DNA of 64,000 nt. Source: Octopus sinensis. Taxonomy: Eukaryota. The notes beneath the pieces are model-generated. The model saw only the letters and a list, made by a program, of their open reading frames with translations. It did not search any database and had not been told where the DNA came from. Where the stretch lies: positions 3,534,001 through 3,598,000 of the forward strand of contig NC_043020.1 of the NCBI RefSeq assembly GCF_006345805.1, written 5' to 3'. Shown here in pieces: positions 49,201-62,878 of this stretch. The position numbers and the translations under genes are program-made. Each line of letters begins with the position of its first letter. The first letter of the stretch is position 1.

Positions 49201-50624
49201 TTCCACTCTGAGCACTGGAAATCGGATCCTTTCCGTTATGATATATATATATATATATATATCATTTGTATCACCACAAATCTTCCTGTATATTTCATAT
49301 ACAGCATTGTTCAAACTGTTTCTTATTTCTGTAGAATGTGTACTACTCAAGACTTGTTTTTCGAATAAAAAATATCTAAAGGATTATTCTGCGCATATTA
49401 CATACGCCATAAAAATCTTATACGAACATTCCTTATGAGTTTACTTGTATCTGCGCAGCTGTAATACAAATGAAGAATAGAACCTAAAATATCCGAAGAA
49501 AATCTTCCTCTGAGATTAATCAGTAAACAGATTTTCATGCATATTTACAGATACTCATTTTTTATTTTTCATAACTTCCGCACTTTCCCAACTGAAGCCA
49601 TGTATTTCTGGTCATTTGCCAAGATCTCTGCCAAACTGCCAAACTCTTTCTAACAAATCTCTGATCAACTGTCTTAGTCAGCAAATATTCCCGGAATTAT
49701 AACTACCATATTTGATTTCCTTAATCTTTAGGTTCACCCCTTCTTTATCTCTCTCTTTTTTTTTTACTATAACACAGGTTTTAATCGTCAGGTAAATTAC
49801 ATTATTGGTTGATTAAAAAAACCGTATAAAACTCTCGATCTCCCCAGTCTAGCAAGTGTTGTGAAGAGCATGGGCACTGTAACTCTTTCCTCTCTCTATA
49901 AAAAAAAAAGAGAGCACCTGGTTTGGATGGCCTCATTGGCACTATAGAATTGTACCTGCTTTTAGCCATTTCAGCTCAGAAATGATGACAAGCCGAACTT
50001 AGTTGAATGAATCGACGGACGCTTCTGTCTTTAGGTTTACAACCCATTTACATTAGCATTTTGGCGGTGCAGGGCAGACATTTCCTTTTTATTTTGTTGA
50101 GTTTTTTTATTTCCTATTTCACCCATTCAATGATACGGAAATACATACTTCTACTGCGAGACTATTAGACGTAATGATCTTATTACAGGAATTCACTTCG
50201 AACTTAAGGACAAGACATATTCGATAATTGTACTCTTTTGTAATGATTTCTTTCATACAAGTAGTGTTATCAAGTACCTGTCCTCAACGCCATAATGTTT
50301 GTAAATCTTTGTTCAGGTTGATGTTGTTTGTGATAGTGTTATTCTTTCTCTGCTCGACAATCTTACTAGAAATAAATAACATAATAAATGGGTGTTTCTC
50401 TGGTCATCCCAGTTTGTGCAACAGATAATTTGTTTTAAGTAAAACACTGATATGTATCAATCAGAAATGAAGGACCTTATCTGTATCTCCTAGATTTAGT
50501 ATTCAAAAGATGACATAAGTAATTTTATCAGCGGTAAAGTTAACGCAATTCCCCATGTGAAATGTCCATTCTTCCAGATGAATACATACAGTTGTTTCGT
50601 TGCAAGAGAAGGCTTAATTGAATG

Positions 50625-50950
50625 TACAAAGTGCATTCCAGAAGTTTTCAGACTTTTTCAGGTGAGACATTTATTACTTACAAAGAAGTACAAAACTCGC
50701 ATCTCTTTCAAGGCAGAATCCTCTGGCTTCACTGCACTTGTCATAACATCCCAGCCACTTCGTGGAAGATCCCATGAAGGTCCTCAAAAATGAAGATGTT
50801 CGGGGCCCTTGTCATAACCTCCTTCATCTCGAAAACGACTGCCCGTGAAGGAACTTTTTGCAGGGCCCTGTTATATATCCTTTCTTCTCGCTGGACAGGT
50901 GTTTACATTGATCCATGCTCATAAATTTTCCCAGGTTCTCTTCTGTTTCT
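50625..50950 (-). mobile_element. mariner 3' fragment
   Basis: TIR TACAAAGTGCATTCCAGAAGTTTTCAGACTTTT and sequence similar to 42690-42830. Confidence 0.65.
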
Positions 50951-52156
50951 TTACAGTTTCTATTTGAGACACATCGATGTTAACTCAGCTTAAGCTAAAG
51001 TGATATAAAGTGTCTTTATTCCGTTTGCTACTTTATATGAGGTCAATGGTGTATTTTTGTTGCTCTTGTACACATCATAGAATGTTTACAAAGAGATCTC
51101 TATGGTTTTTATTGTTTTAAATCTCCGCCATTCACCAGTGTGTTCGCACTTCTATTTTTCTTTCCGTAACTTATACATCTCAAATAATGCCCCTGTGAGT
51201 TGGCTTCAAATTTTGGCAGAAAGCCAGAAGGGAAGAGAAGTTGATTACATTGACCTCAACGTTTAACCAGCACTTATTTTGTCGACTCAGGAAGGCAAAG
51301 TTCGACATCGGCAGAATTTGAATTCAGAATGTAAAGACGGACGAAGTACCTATTTCTTTATTACCCACAAGGGGCTAAACACAGAGGGGACAAACGGATT
51401 AAGTCGATTATATCGACCCCAGTGCGTAACTGGTACTTAATTTATCGACCCCGAAAGGATGAAAGGCAAAGTCGACCTCGGCGGAATTTGAACTCGGAAC
51501 GTAACGACAGACGAAATACGGTTACGCATTTCGCCCGGCGTGCTAACGTTTCTGCCAGCCCGTCGCCTTACAGTGTATATAGTGGTGGTGATGGTGGAGA
51601 TGATGGTAAAGAGGAGATGGTTGTGGTGATTGTGGCGTTAGTGATCAACATCTTGGTGAAGATGGCTTTCGAGTTGGTGGCGGTGGTAGTGGTGGTGGTA
51701 GCGGTGGTGGTAGTGGTGATAATGATAGTGATGATATATTGATGATATATAGCAGTGATGGGGATGGCGATTTGTGGTTGTTATGATGGTTATGGTGGTG
51801 GTGATGATGGTGGTGATGATGATGGTGGTGGTGGTGGTGGTTGTAGCGGTGACGGAAGTGGTGATAGTTGTGACGGTTGTTGTAGTGGTGGTGGCGGGTG
51901 GTGGTGGTGGTGTTGATGGTATCGGAAAAGATGCAAGGCTGAGTTATGGGAGTTTTTCGCAGACAAGTCTTGCATCGCCGACATCGGAGAAATGGCCACC
52001 ACACCCACCCTCGCCACCTCCGTTATCGATCTCACCGCCATTGCTACCATTCTAATCACTGCTGCATATCACCACTGCAAGAGCCGTTATCGCCATCCAC
52101 ATCACCATCGTCGTCATATTGTCGCCGTGTTCCTCATCTCATTGCCATTTCTACTC

Positions 52157-52187
<31 letters not shown>

Positions 52188-52567
52188 TAAAAAGAGCAAC
52201 AATAACAGCAATCAACACAACCATCACATCACCATCGACACCACCACCACCATCACTCTGGCCTCTCTCCCGCCACAATGGTTCTTTTATTAAACTATCG
52301 ATTTTTGTTGCACGAAACACTGGATAACCTGGATGACGTTTTAAAAAAGAATAAAAATTGTGGTGGTGGGGGTCATGGGTGGAGGAACTTAGTTTCGAAC
52401 GCGTCCAGATCTCCGTTCAGACATACATATACCTATTCACATACAAACCTACAAACATAGACCGAAACATGTTCAGAGATGGAGAGGATAAAGAAGTTGT
52501 TAATGCATGCATTTCAAGATGGCTTGGTAGGCAAATATGCACGCACGCATACCTGTTTGTCTACCTG

Positions 52568-52621
<54 letters not shown>

Positions 52622-52683
52622 GCGCTCTCTCTCTCTCTCACTCTGTCTCTGTCTGTCTCTCTCACTCTCCCTCCCTCTCTCTC

Positions 52684-52761
<78 letters not shown>

Positions 52762-52999
52762 CATATATATATATGTATGTATATAGTAAAGACTATTTGC
52801 AAACATAATGTGGCAGTCGAAAATATAAGGAGACAGATATTGTGTCGCATAACCAGTATATATGATATATATGATATATGATATATATACGCAGTCAAAG
52901 GAGACTTTGACAAAGATCACGTGTCGAAAATAACGAATAAGAACACGGCATTCAGCGGCATCTGTTGTATAGCGGTTAGTTAATGGTGTAACATCACTT

Positions 53000-53410
53000 C
53001 TTGCGAAAAAAAACCAATGAAGAAACAAATGAACCAAAAAATTGTAGAACCATAGCTTACTTAACAACAATGTATAAAATGCTAACATCTGTCCTGACTG
53101 AATATACCTATAGTATTTTAATAGAAAGCGGCATATTCCCTAATGAGCAAAAAGGATGTAAACGTGGGTCCTATGGTTGTAAAGATCAGCTACTCATCAA
53201 TAAGATGATCTTGGAAGATTGTCACAAACGCCACAAAAACTTGTCAATAGCCTGAATAGACTATAAAAAAGCTTTTGATAGTCTACCACATAGCTGGATT
53301 AAGAAATGTCTGGAAATGTATAAAATAGCATCTACTCTGCGAAACCTTTTCTCTGTAAGTATGAGATCATGGAGAACCACACAGACTTTGAACAGTGGCA
53401 ATGAATCTCT
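53000..53410 (+). mobile_element. R4/Dong-type reverse transcriptase fragment
   Basis: PKNCRTI...YKMLT...EQKGCKRGSYGCKDQLLINKMILE...LSIA*IDYKKAFDSLPHSWI. Confidence 0.85.
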
Positions 53411-53429
53411 TAATGCTCCCGACGCCCAG

Positions 53430-54040
53430 GGTTTCTCCGAGGACGTTGTCACTTTTTCCCTCCACTAATGCTATAGAACACTACAGTGGAATTTTCCCCG
53501 ACCGCGTTGTCCGACTGGCAGAGAACAGTGAGTGCTTGCCAACACTCTAGGTGCCAAGCGCCGTCTCGCTCTACGCTTGATCCAGGACTGTAGCTCCGTC
53601 AATGAGACAAGCTGCGGAAAATCCTGTGTGACAAACGGCGACCACACCTGCTCTCCGTTAAGAAAGCGCTGGAGATGTCGTAGTCTCAGCGAGTGCTTAC
53701 GCATCATTATCTATGGCATGCCTAGCCCACCCCGCCACTCAGCGGCTGGTGACAGCAGGTAGACCGCCTGGTAAGGGAAACGGAAAGTTGGTGGTCCTGG
53801 ACGTGAGCAATAGTGAAGGTAGTGTCTTTAGACTGGTGGCCGTCTACGCTCCAACCGGAGCCAAACGGTTGGATTTCTTTAGGCGTCTGGAAGCCTTTCT
53901 AGGTGCGCTGAGGCTGCGGCATCTCCAGATATTCTGCTTAAACGGTGAACAGGTGTGGTCGCCGTTTGTCAAACAGGCCTTTCCACAGCTCGTCTCCTTG
54001 ACTGAGTTGCAGTCCTTGATCAAGAAGAGACCGAGGCAGA
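53430..54040. mobile_element. Rearranged L1/Tx1-type LINE fragments with an inverted duplication
   Basis: + strand APE endonuclease piece GKLVVLDV..FRLVAVYAP..R..FF..L..FL fused to LRLRHLQ..LNGEQVWSPFV. The latter also occurs inverted at ~53575-53690. Confidence 0.65.
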
Positions 54041-54429
54041 GTGACTGGCATCTGGATAATAACAAAGAAACAACCATTCCGATGTGGTGTGTATACTCGC
54101 ATTATAAAAATGGATACGTAGATCAGCATGGCTGGATAACTAAAGAGTTCGCATCACACCACGACGTACCGGGTTCGATCCCGTTGCGTGGTGTCTTTGG
54201 TGATTGTTTTTTTTTTACCATAACTTTGAGCGACCAAGACTTTAAGTGAAATTAGAAACCGGTTGTAAGGATTGTTTCCGTTATTCAAATGCTTGAAAAT
54301 TTCGTTAAGATATTACCCATGTCTGTGGAATACTCAGCTATTTATACACTAAATGACTGAGTGGGTCATTCAAGTGATCGAGCAATTATATACACATCGT
54401 CGAAATCGACGAAGAGCCATTATTTTATA

Positions 54430-54810
54430 CTAGCAGTATCGCCCGGCGTTGCTCAGGTTTGTAAGGGAAATAACTATAAAGCATTTTTAGAGAGTTATAG
54501 CCAAAAAATAGCAAAAAAATGGAAAAAAATTACGGTAAATTTTTTTTGTGTTAAAAAAGGTGGAGTTGCGTCCCCTAGACAGTTTTTGGTTTGTGTTTCT
54601 GATTCTCGACCCCATGTCGAATTTATCGATTTTTTTCCGAACTGGGGGAACTTTTCAAAATTTTCGCTGCGTTAGTTTTGAATTATGACATTGGGCTATG
54701 TGTGTGTCAAGTTTCATCAGAATCGGTTGAAAGCCGTGGTCAGAGTGAGGGTACGAGAAAACAGACACACAGAAAACGCACAGACAAACTGCCGTTTATA
54801 TAGAGAGAGA
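54430..54810 (-). mobile_element. Complete non-autonomous Helitron (381 bp)
   Basis: On minus, A|TCTCTCTCTATATAAACGGCAG ... hairpin (plus CCCGGCGTTGCTCAGG) ... CTAG|T: canonical TC/CTAG termini inserted in an AT dinucleotide, no TSD. Confidence 0.85.
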
Positions 54811-55262
54811 TACGCACAGAAACTACACACCTCGTAATCTAGCCATCATTTTACATATATACAGACACACTACATGCCTAGCATATTTCTTTTTAATACA
54901 GAGATTAAATACAAACAGAATAAAATCGAAATTGTTTTGAACGAATTCAGATGTCAGCAAAAAAAATTTCCCCTTCGTTCGCTCTTTTCAATTGAAATGA
55001 CCTCCATAACCATTAGCACCGGACGAGCGTTTTTCTTTTGGCGGGATCAATGCGTGAGTTACAGCAGGTCTTACACCTCCTCCCTCTACACTTTCTTTCA
55101 TCTCTTCTCCCCCCCACCCTCCACCTCTTCAACTCTCTCTTTTTCCTCTTCCCTTCATTCATAGTTTCCTCCTCTTTCGACCTCCTCCTACTTCCTCCTA
55201 TATCTGCATATATCTATGTGTGTATGTGTGCATGCGTGCGTGCATGTCTGTGTGTAGTATGT

Positions 55263-55295
<33 letters not shown>

Positions 55296-55317
55296 GTATA
55301 TACATACATATACATAC

Positions 55318-55411
<94 letters not shown>

Positions 55412-55420
55412 GTACATATA

Positions 55421-55478
<58 letters not shown>

Positions 55479-55914
55479 ATATTATATAAGGTTAAATAGG
55501 TATCATTTTTAGATTTTCTACCTCATATTCTTTCTCCCTCCCCCTCTCTCTCTGTATCTTTCTTTCTTTCTTTCCTTCTCTCTTCTTCTTTTTTTCTTCT
55601 TTTTTTACCTATGCACTTCGCCTCTCATCCATTCTCTCCTCTCTTCAACTTTCTCATTAACGTCATTAACGTTAATAGGATGCGAGTCTTTTTCCATTAC
55701 TGTTAAAACTACTTTTGCCGACGAGGAATGGAAGTGGTGGTGGTGGTGGTGGTGGTGGTGGTTTGGATGGTGGGGGAATGGTAATTCTGATAATGAAGTA
55801 CAATGGTAATGGTGATGGTGATGATGATGATGATGATGATATTGATGATGCTGCTGCTGCTGACGATAGCAAGTACATTGTATCCATGCAGATGACGTTG
55901 ACAAGATTACTACA

Positions 55915-55954
<40 letters not shown>

Positions 55955-55996
55955 GTACTACTACTACAACCAACACCACCACCACCACCACCACCA

Positions 55997-56041
<45 letters not shown>

Positions 56042-56368
56042 TACTACTACTACCACCACCACTACCACCGCCGCCTCAGCTGCTGTTACTACAACAATAA
56101 TAGTTATAGTATTATTATATATAGCAATGATTATTTATCGTCGGTGTTATGCACTTAAGGCTGGTTGCATTCTTGGAGTGTTGAAAACCGATCAAGTGTT
56201 TCAAGGTTCACATCTGGTTACGAACATTGCATTGTTGCCCAGGGTCCACACACTCTCTGTATATGTTATTGTTACGGTTTAGTTCTATAACTATATAACA
56301 AACCAACATACGAAGCACTTCAGCTGTATAAGACATCCTACCTTATAACAGGCACTGTGGTTGTATTT

Positions 56369-56790
56369 AAGGTGCCATAGCTACATGAGGTACCATAAGG
56401 TACTGCAGCTATATGAGGTAACAGCTACATAAGGTACCATAAGGTACTGCAGCTATATGAGGTAACAGCCACATAAGGTACCATAGCCGTATATAAGTTA
56501 CCAAGCAATCATGTTATATGTGATAAAATAGCTATATACTATATCTTGGCAGTATCTAAGATACCTTAACTATAAAAGGTACCAAAGCTATATGTAAGGT
56601 ACTATAAATACAAGATACTTTGGCTGTATTTAAGATACCATAGCTATATAAAGTGTGAAATCTAAAAAAAGGTACTATGGATAAATAAAATAGCATAGCT
56701 CTGTATAAGGTAAAGTGGCTCTATAAAGTATCGAGGCTGTAAGCCGTAACATAACTGTATAAGATACCATTAGCCATATAAAATGACCGA
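56369..56790. repeat. Degenerate minisatellite, ~18-20-bp unit AAGGTACCATAGCTATAT
   Basis: Recurrent GGTAC/ATAGCT motifs; 44-bp tandem duplication 56388-56431 / 56432-56475 with one mismatch. Confidence 0.75.
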
Positions 56791-56990
56791 GTTTTGTAAA
56801 CCTTATCATTGTAAACAGCAGCAGCACTATATAAATAACGAGTATTTCTTTTTGGTTTTTCCGAATCTTGCAGTGCTGAGCTCGGCATTATTATTCTATT
56901 CTAGTTTTTTCTGAGCTATTAAAATTATTTTATCAAGGAAAGTTCTTATTTATATACATCCTTGCACTAGGTGACTTGATTTTGCAAAGA

Positions 56991-57054
<64 letters not shown>

Positions 57055-57238
57055 GTGAGAGAGAGAGAGAGGGAGAGAGAGAGAAAGAAACGACCGTATG
57101 AGATAGACCAAAGAATAAAGAAATAAGTATATTTTTTTATCTTACTTTAATTTTCTGAATCTCGCCTTAAATCTATTCTTTGTTTCCTATAATACTTTCA
57201 TATTTATCTCACTCCGTTATCCAATTCCTCGTCATTAT

Positions 57239-57298
<60 letters not shown>

Positions 57299-57424
57299 CA
57301 TATACATATCAATAGGTTTTCTCTATTGTATTAAATGTAATTACATTTCTGCACTTTTTAAGTTTTAATATGTTGTCTGTTTAAGGCGGCGAGCTGGCAG
57401 AAACGTTAGCACGCCGGACGAAAT

Positions 57425-57475
<51 letters not shown>

Positions 57476-57504
57476 CACACACACACACACATATCCTATC
57501 AAAA

Positions 57505-58160
57505 TATCCTGCTCACGGGGTCCGCCCATTCTTTATCTCTTGGATCAGTAACTTCCTATCAGATCGCACCATTGGAGCATCTATTGATAGAAATCACTTC
57601 TGCCCCACTTCCAGACAATCGTTCTCTGAGGATCGCTGATTTTGTTTCCCTCGTGTCTTCCTCTTTATGCGATTAACATGAACCTTCATTTCTTCCAACT
57701 TTCTCCAACCATTATTCATCCATTAGACACCAAGCCTGCACCGATTCTATAAATTGTGGACCTTGGAAGTATCCTTCAATGGGACCAGACTAATCTTGCT
57801 CTTTTAACAGCAAAGAAAAAACCCTGAAGTACTGCTCATATATAAGAAAACCCACAGCTGCACCTCACGAACATTCGGCTATATTCTTCATGGTCGCTCC
57901 AAATGCTTGGCGTCACGGCCGCTAAAAATCTCTCTTAGCAAAAAACATATCTTTAATATAGACTGCAACCCTAAAACTGACTCTTTTCTTCTGGGCCAGA
58001 AAATATTTCAGCCCCAACAGCTGCTGACGCTCTACATGCCTCAAGTGAGATTCCCATAATGGATTATTGCTCTCACACCTGGTATAATGCTAACAGTATA
58101 CACACAGACATCCTGGATCACATTTAGAGATGGGTCACGCGATTGATTGACTGGAAGGCC
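57505..58160 (+). mobile_element. CR1/L2-group LINE RT remnant
   Basis: WISNFLSDRTI and KYFSP.QLLTLY..QV...MDYCSH.W, heavily frameshifted. Confidence 0.55.
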
Positions 58161-60649
58161 TGAGGATAGTGATTAGTACGGGGCCGAGGCTGGTTTAACA
58201 CAATAAGGCCAATGGGAAGTAGAAAGATGATCGGGTCTGAGGTGGAGGTAACGAGACCACCTGCCCCGAGGAACCGAGACCATTACAGTAGCAACAGTTA
58301 AGACAAGATCAGAATCTCTTTGCTCTCGGGTTTTGAGGTTGAAGCGTGCCCCGTTAGAGAATGAACGCCTTTGGGTGCCATATGATATCCCTGAGAGAGC
58401 GTCTGACAAATACTTCATCAAAAATAAATAACCCTCGAGAAATGCTCACTTCCGGGTGACCTACCACATGCACCAATAATTACCGGACTAACATTTCTCA
58501 GCAAAGACCAGAAAGCGAAACACTGCATACCGCCAAAAAAACAAAAAACAAAAAAAAAAAAACGGAGATTAATCAAAATAGTTTTCTGTAACTCTAAGGA
58601 AGATGACAATATTGCTTCAAGTTTTGGTACATGGTCAGCAATTCTGGGGAGGGATAGTTCGATTAAATCGACCCCGGTGCGTAACTGGTACTCATTTTAT
58701 CGACCCTGAAAGGATGAAAGACGAAGTCGACCTCGGTGAAATCTGAACTCAGAACATAAAGAAGGACGAAACGCCGCTAAGCATTTTGCCCGACGTGCTA
58801 ACGATTCTGTCATCTCGCCGCCTTAAGGACGATGACAATATCAACATGGAGTGTAGCCTCTCTTGAACACGAGGCTTTTACGTCATGTCACATCTCGAAA
58901 GTTATGATTTTGTAATCAAAGAAGGAGAAATAGCTACGAAATATCAAAGAAACACATAAGACAGTGAAGCCCTTAAACTCATGTGATACAACAGCAAATG
59001 TCTATAATGGCTCTTTTCTGGGAAGGACATAACGCATGTAATAAACAGTTGCGTCCAAATGTCGAGGAAATGCTATCTTCCACTGCAACGTGGTGCTGTT
59101 GCTAAAACTATCATACAATGCCATCCGCGGTAAAGACAGCCTTGGGATAAAAACAAACAACATCTCTACTATTGAATACATTCATATCAACACAAGGCAT
59201 ATTGGTGGAACATTCGCATGAAATCTTCCATTAAGAGCAAACATAACAAGTCTGACACGGATAAATTAATAAGAATAGAACAGAAATGCATAGTTACAAA
59301 GGTTCGATGCTCTGCAGTTATGATTATCTCTCTTAAATTCAGTGAAAAGAGAATATCGATGGACAACTGCTTCGAAACATGAAGCTCTTCTATCCTGAAA
59401 TCATAGGGGGTAGTTGCTACTTAAATGCATAACAAGGACCCCCACAAAAAAACTAATCCAAGGAATACAACTCTAATGGCCTTATGGGTCGGCCTTATTA
59501 TTTTTGTTTTATTTTACTGTTGTTTTGAACCCTGAGACTGAGACTCGTAAACCAGATGTAGTGTTTTCAGACCATCAGTGAACCGAGCCCAAGTTATAAT
59601 GTGCAAATTAGTCATATCTGAAGGTTGTTCATTTACCTTTGCACATCTAGAAGGTTCTTTAATACGAAACCGTTCGCTAACATGAATCAGATGTTATGAT
59701 GCTAAATTCACAATACTGTATAAGTTATGTATGTGTATATATTTATATATATCATTTCTTTATTGCCCACAAGGGGCTAAACTTAGAAGGGACAAAAAAG
59801 GACACACAAAAGGATTGAGTCAATTACATCGACCCCAGTTCGTAACTGGTACTTAATTTATCGACCCCGAAAGGATGAAAGGCAAAGTCGACTTCGGCAG
59901 AATTTGAACTCAGAACGTAGCGGCAGACGAAATACTGCTAAGCATTTCGCCCAGCGTGCCAACGTTTCTGCCATATATATATATATATGTGTGTATCTAT
60001 ACATACATACATACATACATACATACATACATACATACATACATACATACATACATTCACAACCATGAACCGTCTATCCATCCCTACAAATTGCCGCATT
60101 TCAGTATTTCGCCATAGAAATGGACAAAGGGCGTAAAATAGCTTGCACGAAACCACTGAAATCTCAGGGCAAGTTCTCGATGTTAAAACAATAAGACAAA
60201 TATCTAAAGTATCCGAAATCGAAATTTAATATAGATTTAAAAAAAAAAAAGAATTTAAACAGCTGCCGAATCTGCGACAGTCGTATACTTTTATAAAAGA
60301 CAAGAAGAACATAAAAAGTTGGTGCGTACTGTTTGGTAATGTAAATTCTTTGGATTTGAAGGTGTGTTAAGTACAATGTTAATTTTCAAAGAGACGTAGA
60401 ATCTATTAGCGAGCAATCACTTCATCTCTATGGATAACAGATGTTGCGTCTGGTCTGAATGCGTGTGTGGTGTGTGTGTGTGTGTGTGAGGGAGAGAGAG
60501 AGAGGGAGAGAGAGAGAGAAAGAGCGTGTGTGTGTGTGTGAGAGAGAGAGATAGAGAGATAGAGAGAAAGAGCGCGCGTGTGTGTGTGTGTGTGTAAATG
60601 TGAGTGTGCGTGAGTATGTGCCTCGCGTTTATATGTGTGTGTGTGAATA

Positions 60650-60704
<55 letters not shown>

Positions 60705-61069
60705 GAAATGGTGGCGCAACAAGGAACCAATCTTTGCTGGAAATAGCAGTCGATAACAGTTCGACGCTAGGTAAAGCTTCACTGAATGTATAGAGGCAAA
60801 GATGTGTTAGGGCGGCGAATATAAAAAAGTTACGTCTTACCTTTTGGAAGAACACCAGAGAAATGGACAACCTGGTACTCGGGTTTCGGACTTTCCAAAA
60901 TACGTTTGTTATCGCAAAACTGATTGGTCCTCGTCAGCTAGGTCCACCGAAGAGACTAAATTTAAAATATCTGCTCCATCGATGCCTGTATACTCGACCA
61001 GTAGCCTTAGCCATAAACAGATCAGTGAAAAGATTACGTGCATATATATATATATATATATATATATGT

Positions 61070-61116
<47 letters not shown>

Positions 61117-61167
61117 ATCTGTGTGTGTGTGTGTGTGTGTGTGTATACATACATACATATATACATT

Positions 61168-61405
61168 CTTTATTTTCTTTTACTCTTTTACTTGTTTCAG
61201 TCATTTTCACTGTGGCCACGCCGGACCACCGCCTTTAGTCGAAAAAATTGATCCCAGGACTTATTCCTTGTAAGCCTAGTACTTATTCTATCGGTTCTTT
61301 TTGCCGAACCGCTAAGTTACGGGGACGTAAACACACCGATATTGGTTGTCAAGCGATGGTGGGGGAACAAACACAGACACACAGGTACACACACACACAC
61401 ACGAA

Positions 61406-61465
<60 letters not shown>
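61168..61465 (-). mobile_element. SINE family A, 3' half
   Basis: Reverse complement of the family A body and tail. Confidence 0.75.
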
Positions 61466-62510
61466 ACGGGAAGCTTTATGAAAATAAACAAAAGACGAAG
61501 GCAGGTGGAATACAAACAAACAATTGTATTAGTATGGCGCTCAGGAATATAAATAAAACAAGTCTTTTACGTTTCGAGCCTACGCTCTTCAGCAGAAAGA
61601 TACACAGAAAAGAAACACGGAGAGAAATAAGGAGAGAAAAAAATGCGTACAGAAGCTAGCAAAGTACTAAATATACATTAAGTTAAAACTAAAACAATAC
61701 TTAAATTATTAAATACTTCAAAAGTAATTAATATACACAATGCTAGTTTAACTTTATTATCGTGTGAAATATTAAATCTATAGACAGTATACATAGATAT
61801 TAATAATATAATTAGTTTATATAATGGATTTGTGTATTTTTGAACTATTTCCAATTTTTGATTGTATTATTCATGACTAGTAATAGCATTGGGTATATTA
61901 ATTAGACGCTAAAACATATTAATACTTTAAAATCCAGATAGATTAATTTAATCGTTGAACTTAGTAACATAGTTTGTTTATCAATATTCTTTGGATCTTG
62001 TATTATTTTGAGTTTGATCGTTGTTATTATTATTATTATTGTTATTGACTGGATTTGTAGGGAACTGGTGATTGGGATTGAAAATCTTCATGGTGTATTG
62101 TTGATATTTTCAGAGAGAAAAGTGAGTGATTTAAGGGCAATGTAGCTGCTGCTTCTAGCATATATAAAGAAAACCTTTCTCGTTTCTTTATCACTCTTGC
62201 ATTATTGATGTTTTTCAATATTTTTTCCCGAATAAATACATTTATATGTTATAAAAAAGGAAATTTGAGAAATTATGAATTTTTTGCAACCCCACTCCCT
62301 GCCCCTGATTGTTTCTGTTTATAAATTAAAATATTGGAGAACCTGAGAAGGTCATTGCTAGCATTTATCCACAGTGATTTAAAAAACACTACGGATATGT
62401 ACTTGCATAGCAAGTGACTTGATCTGAGATCGTGTACTAAAACAAAACAATATTAGCGTAGATGTTTGTAAGCCATTCAAGAACCCACAGAAACCGTTAG
62501 TTTCACGGCA

Positions 62511-62716
62511 CTACATAAATACAGAGGTCCTAAAGTATTTACATAACGATTTGAAGAGGAAAGTTAGTTTTAGGGTTAGTTTTTAGATTTAAGGTTAGGG
62601 CTAGTTTATGGTTAGTTAGAGTGTCATTACACGTCCACACAGAGTACATTCAAAATGTTTTGTATATAGTACCTGTATTTAAGTAGGGCTGTTAAGGGAC
62701 CTCTGTATTTAAGTAG
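62511..62716. mobile_element. Small MITE with 20-bp TIRs and internal TTAGGG-like repeats
   Basis: CTACATAAATACAGAGGTCC / GGACCTCTGTATTTAAGTAG. It interrupts a repeat also seen at 2420-2600 and 63920-64000. Confidence 0.65.
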
Positions 62717-62840
62717 TACCAGCTTCATTTCAACATTAAAATTTCATTTATGTCAAAATATTTTCTTCACTTTGAAACCGTGACCTGTCCACTGGCAAAA
62801 CTTCGCAAAAGTAATGTAGCACGAAGTTTTGTCAATGAAC

Positions 62841-62878
<38 letters not shown>

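Noticed and set aside
62555-62620. TTAGGG-like repeats suggesting an interstitial telomere
   Set aside because: Only a few degenerate units, enclosed by MITE TIRs.
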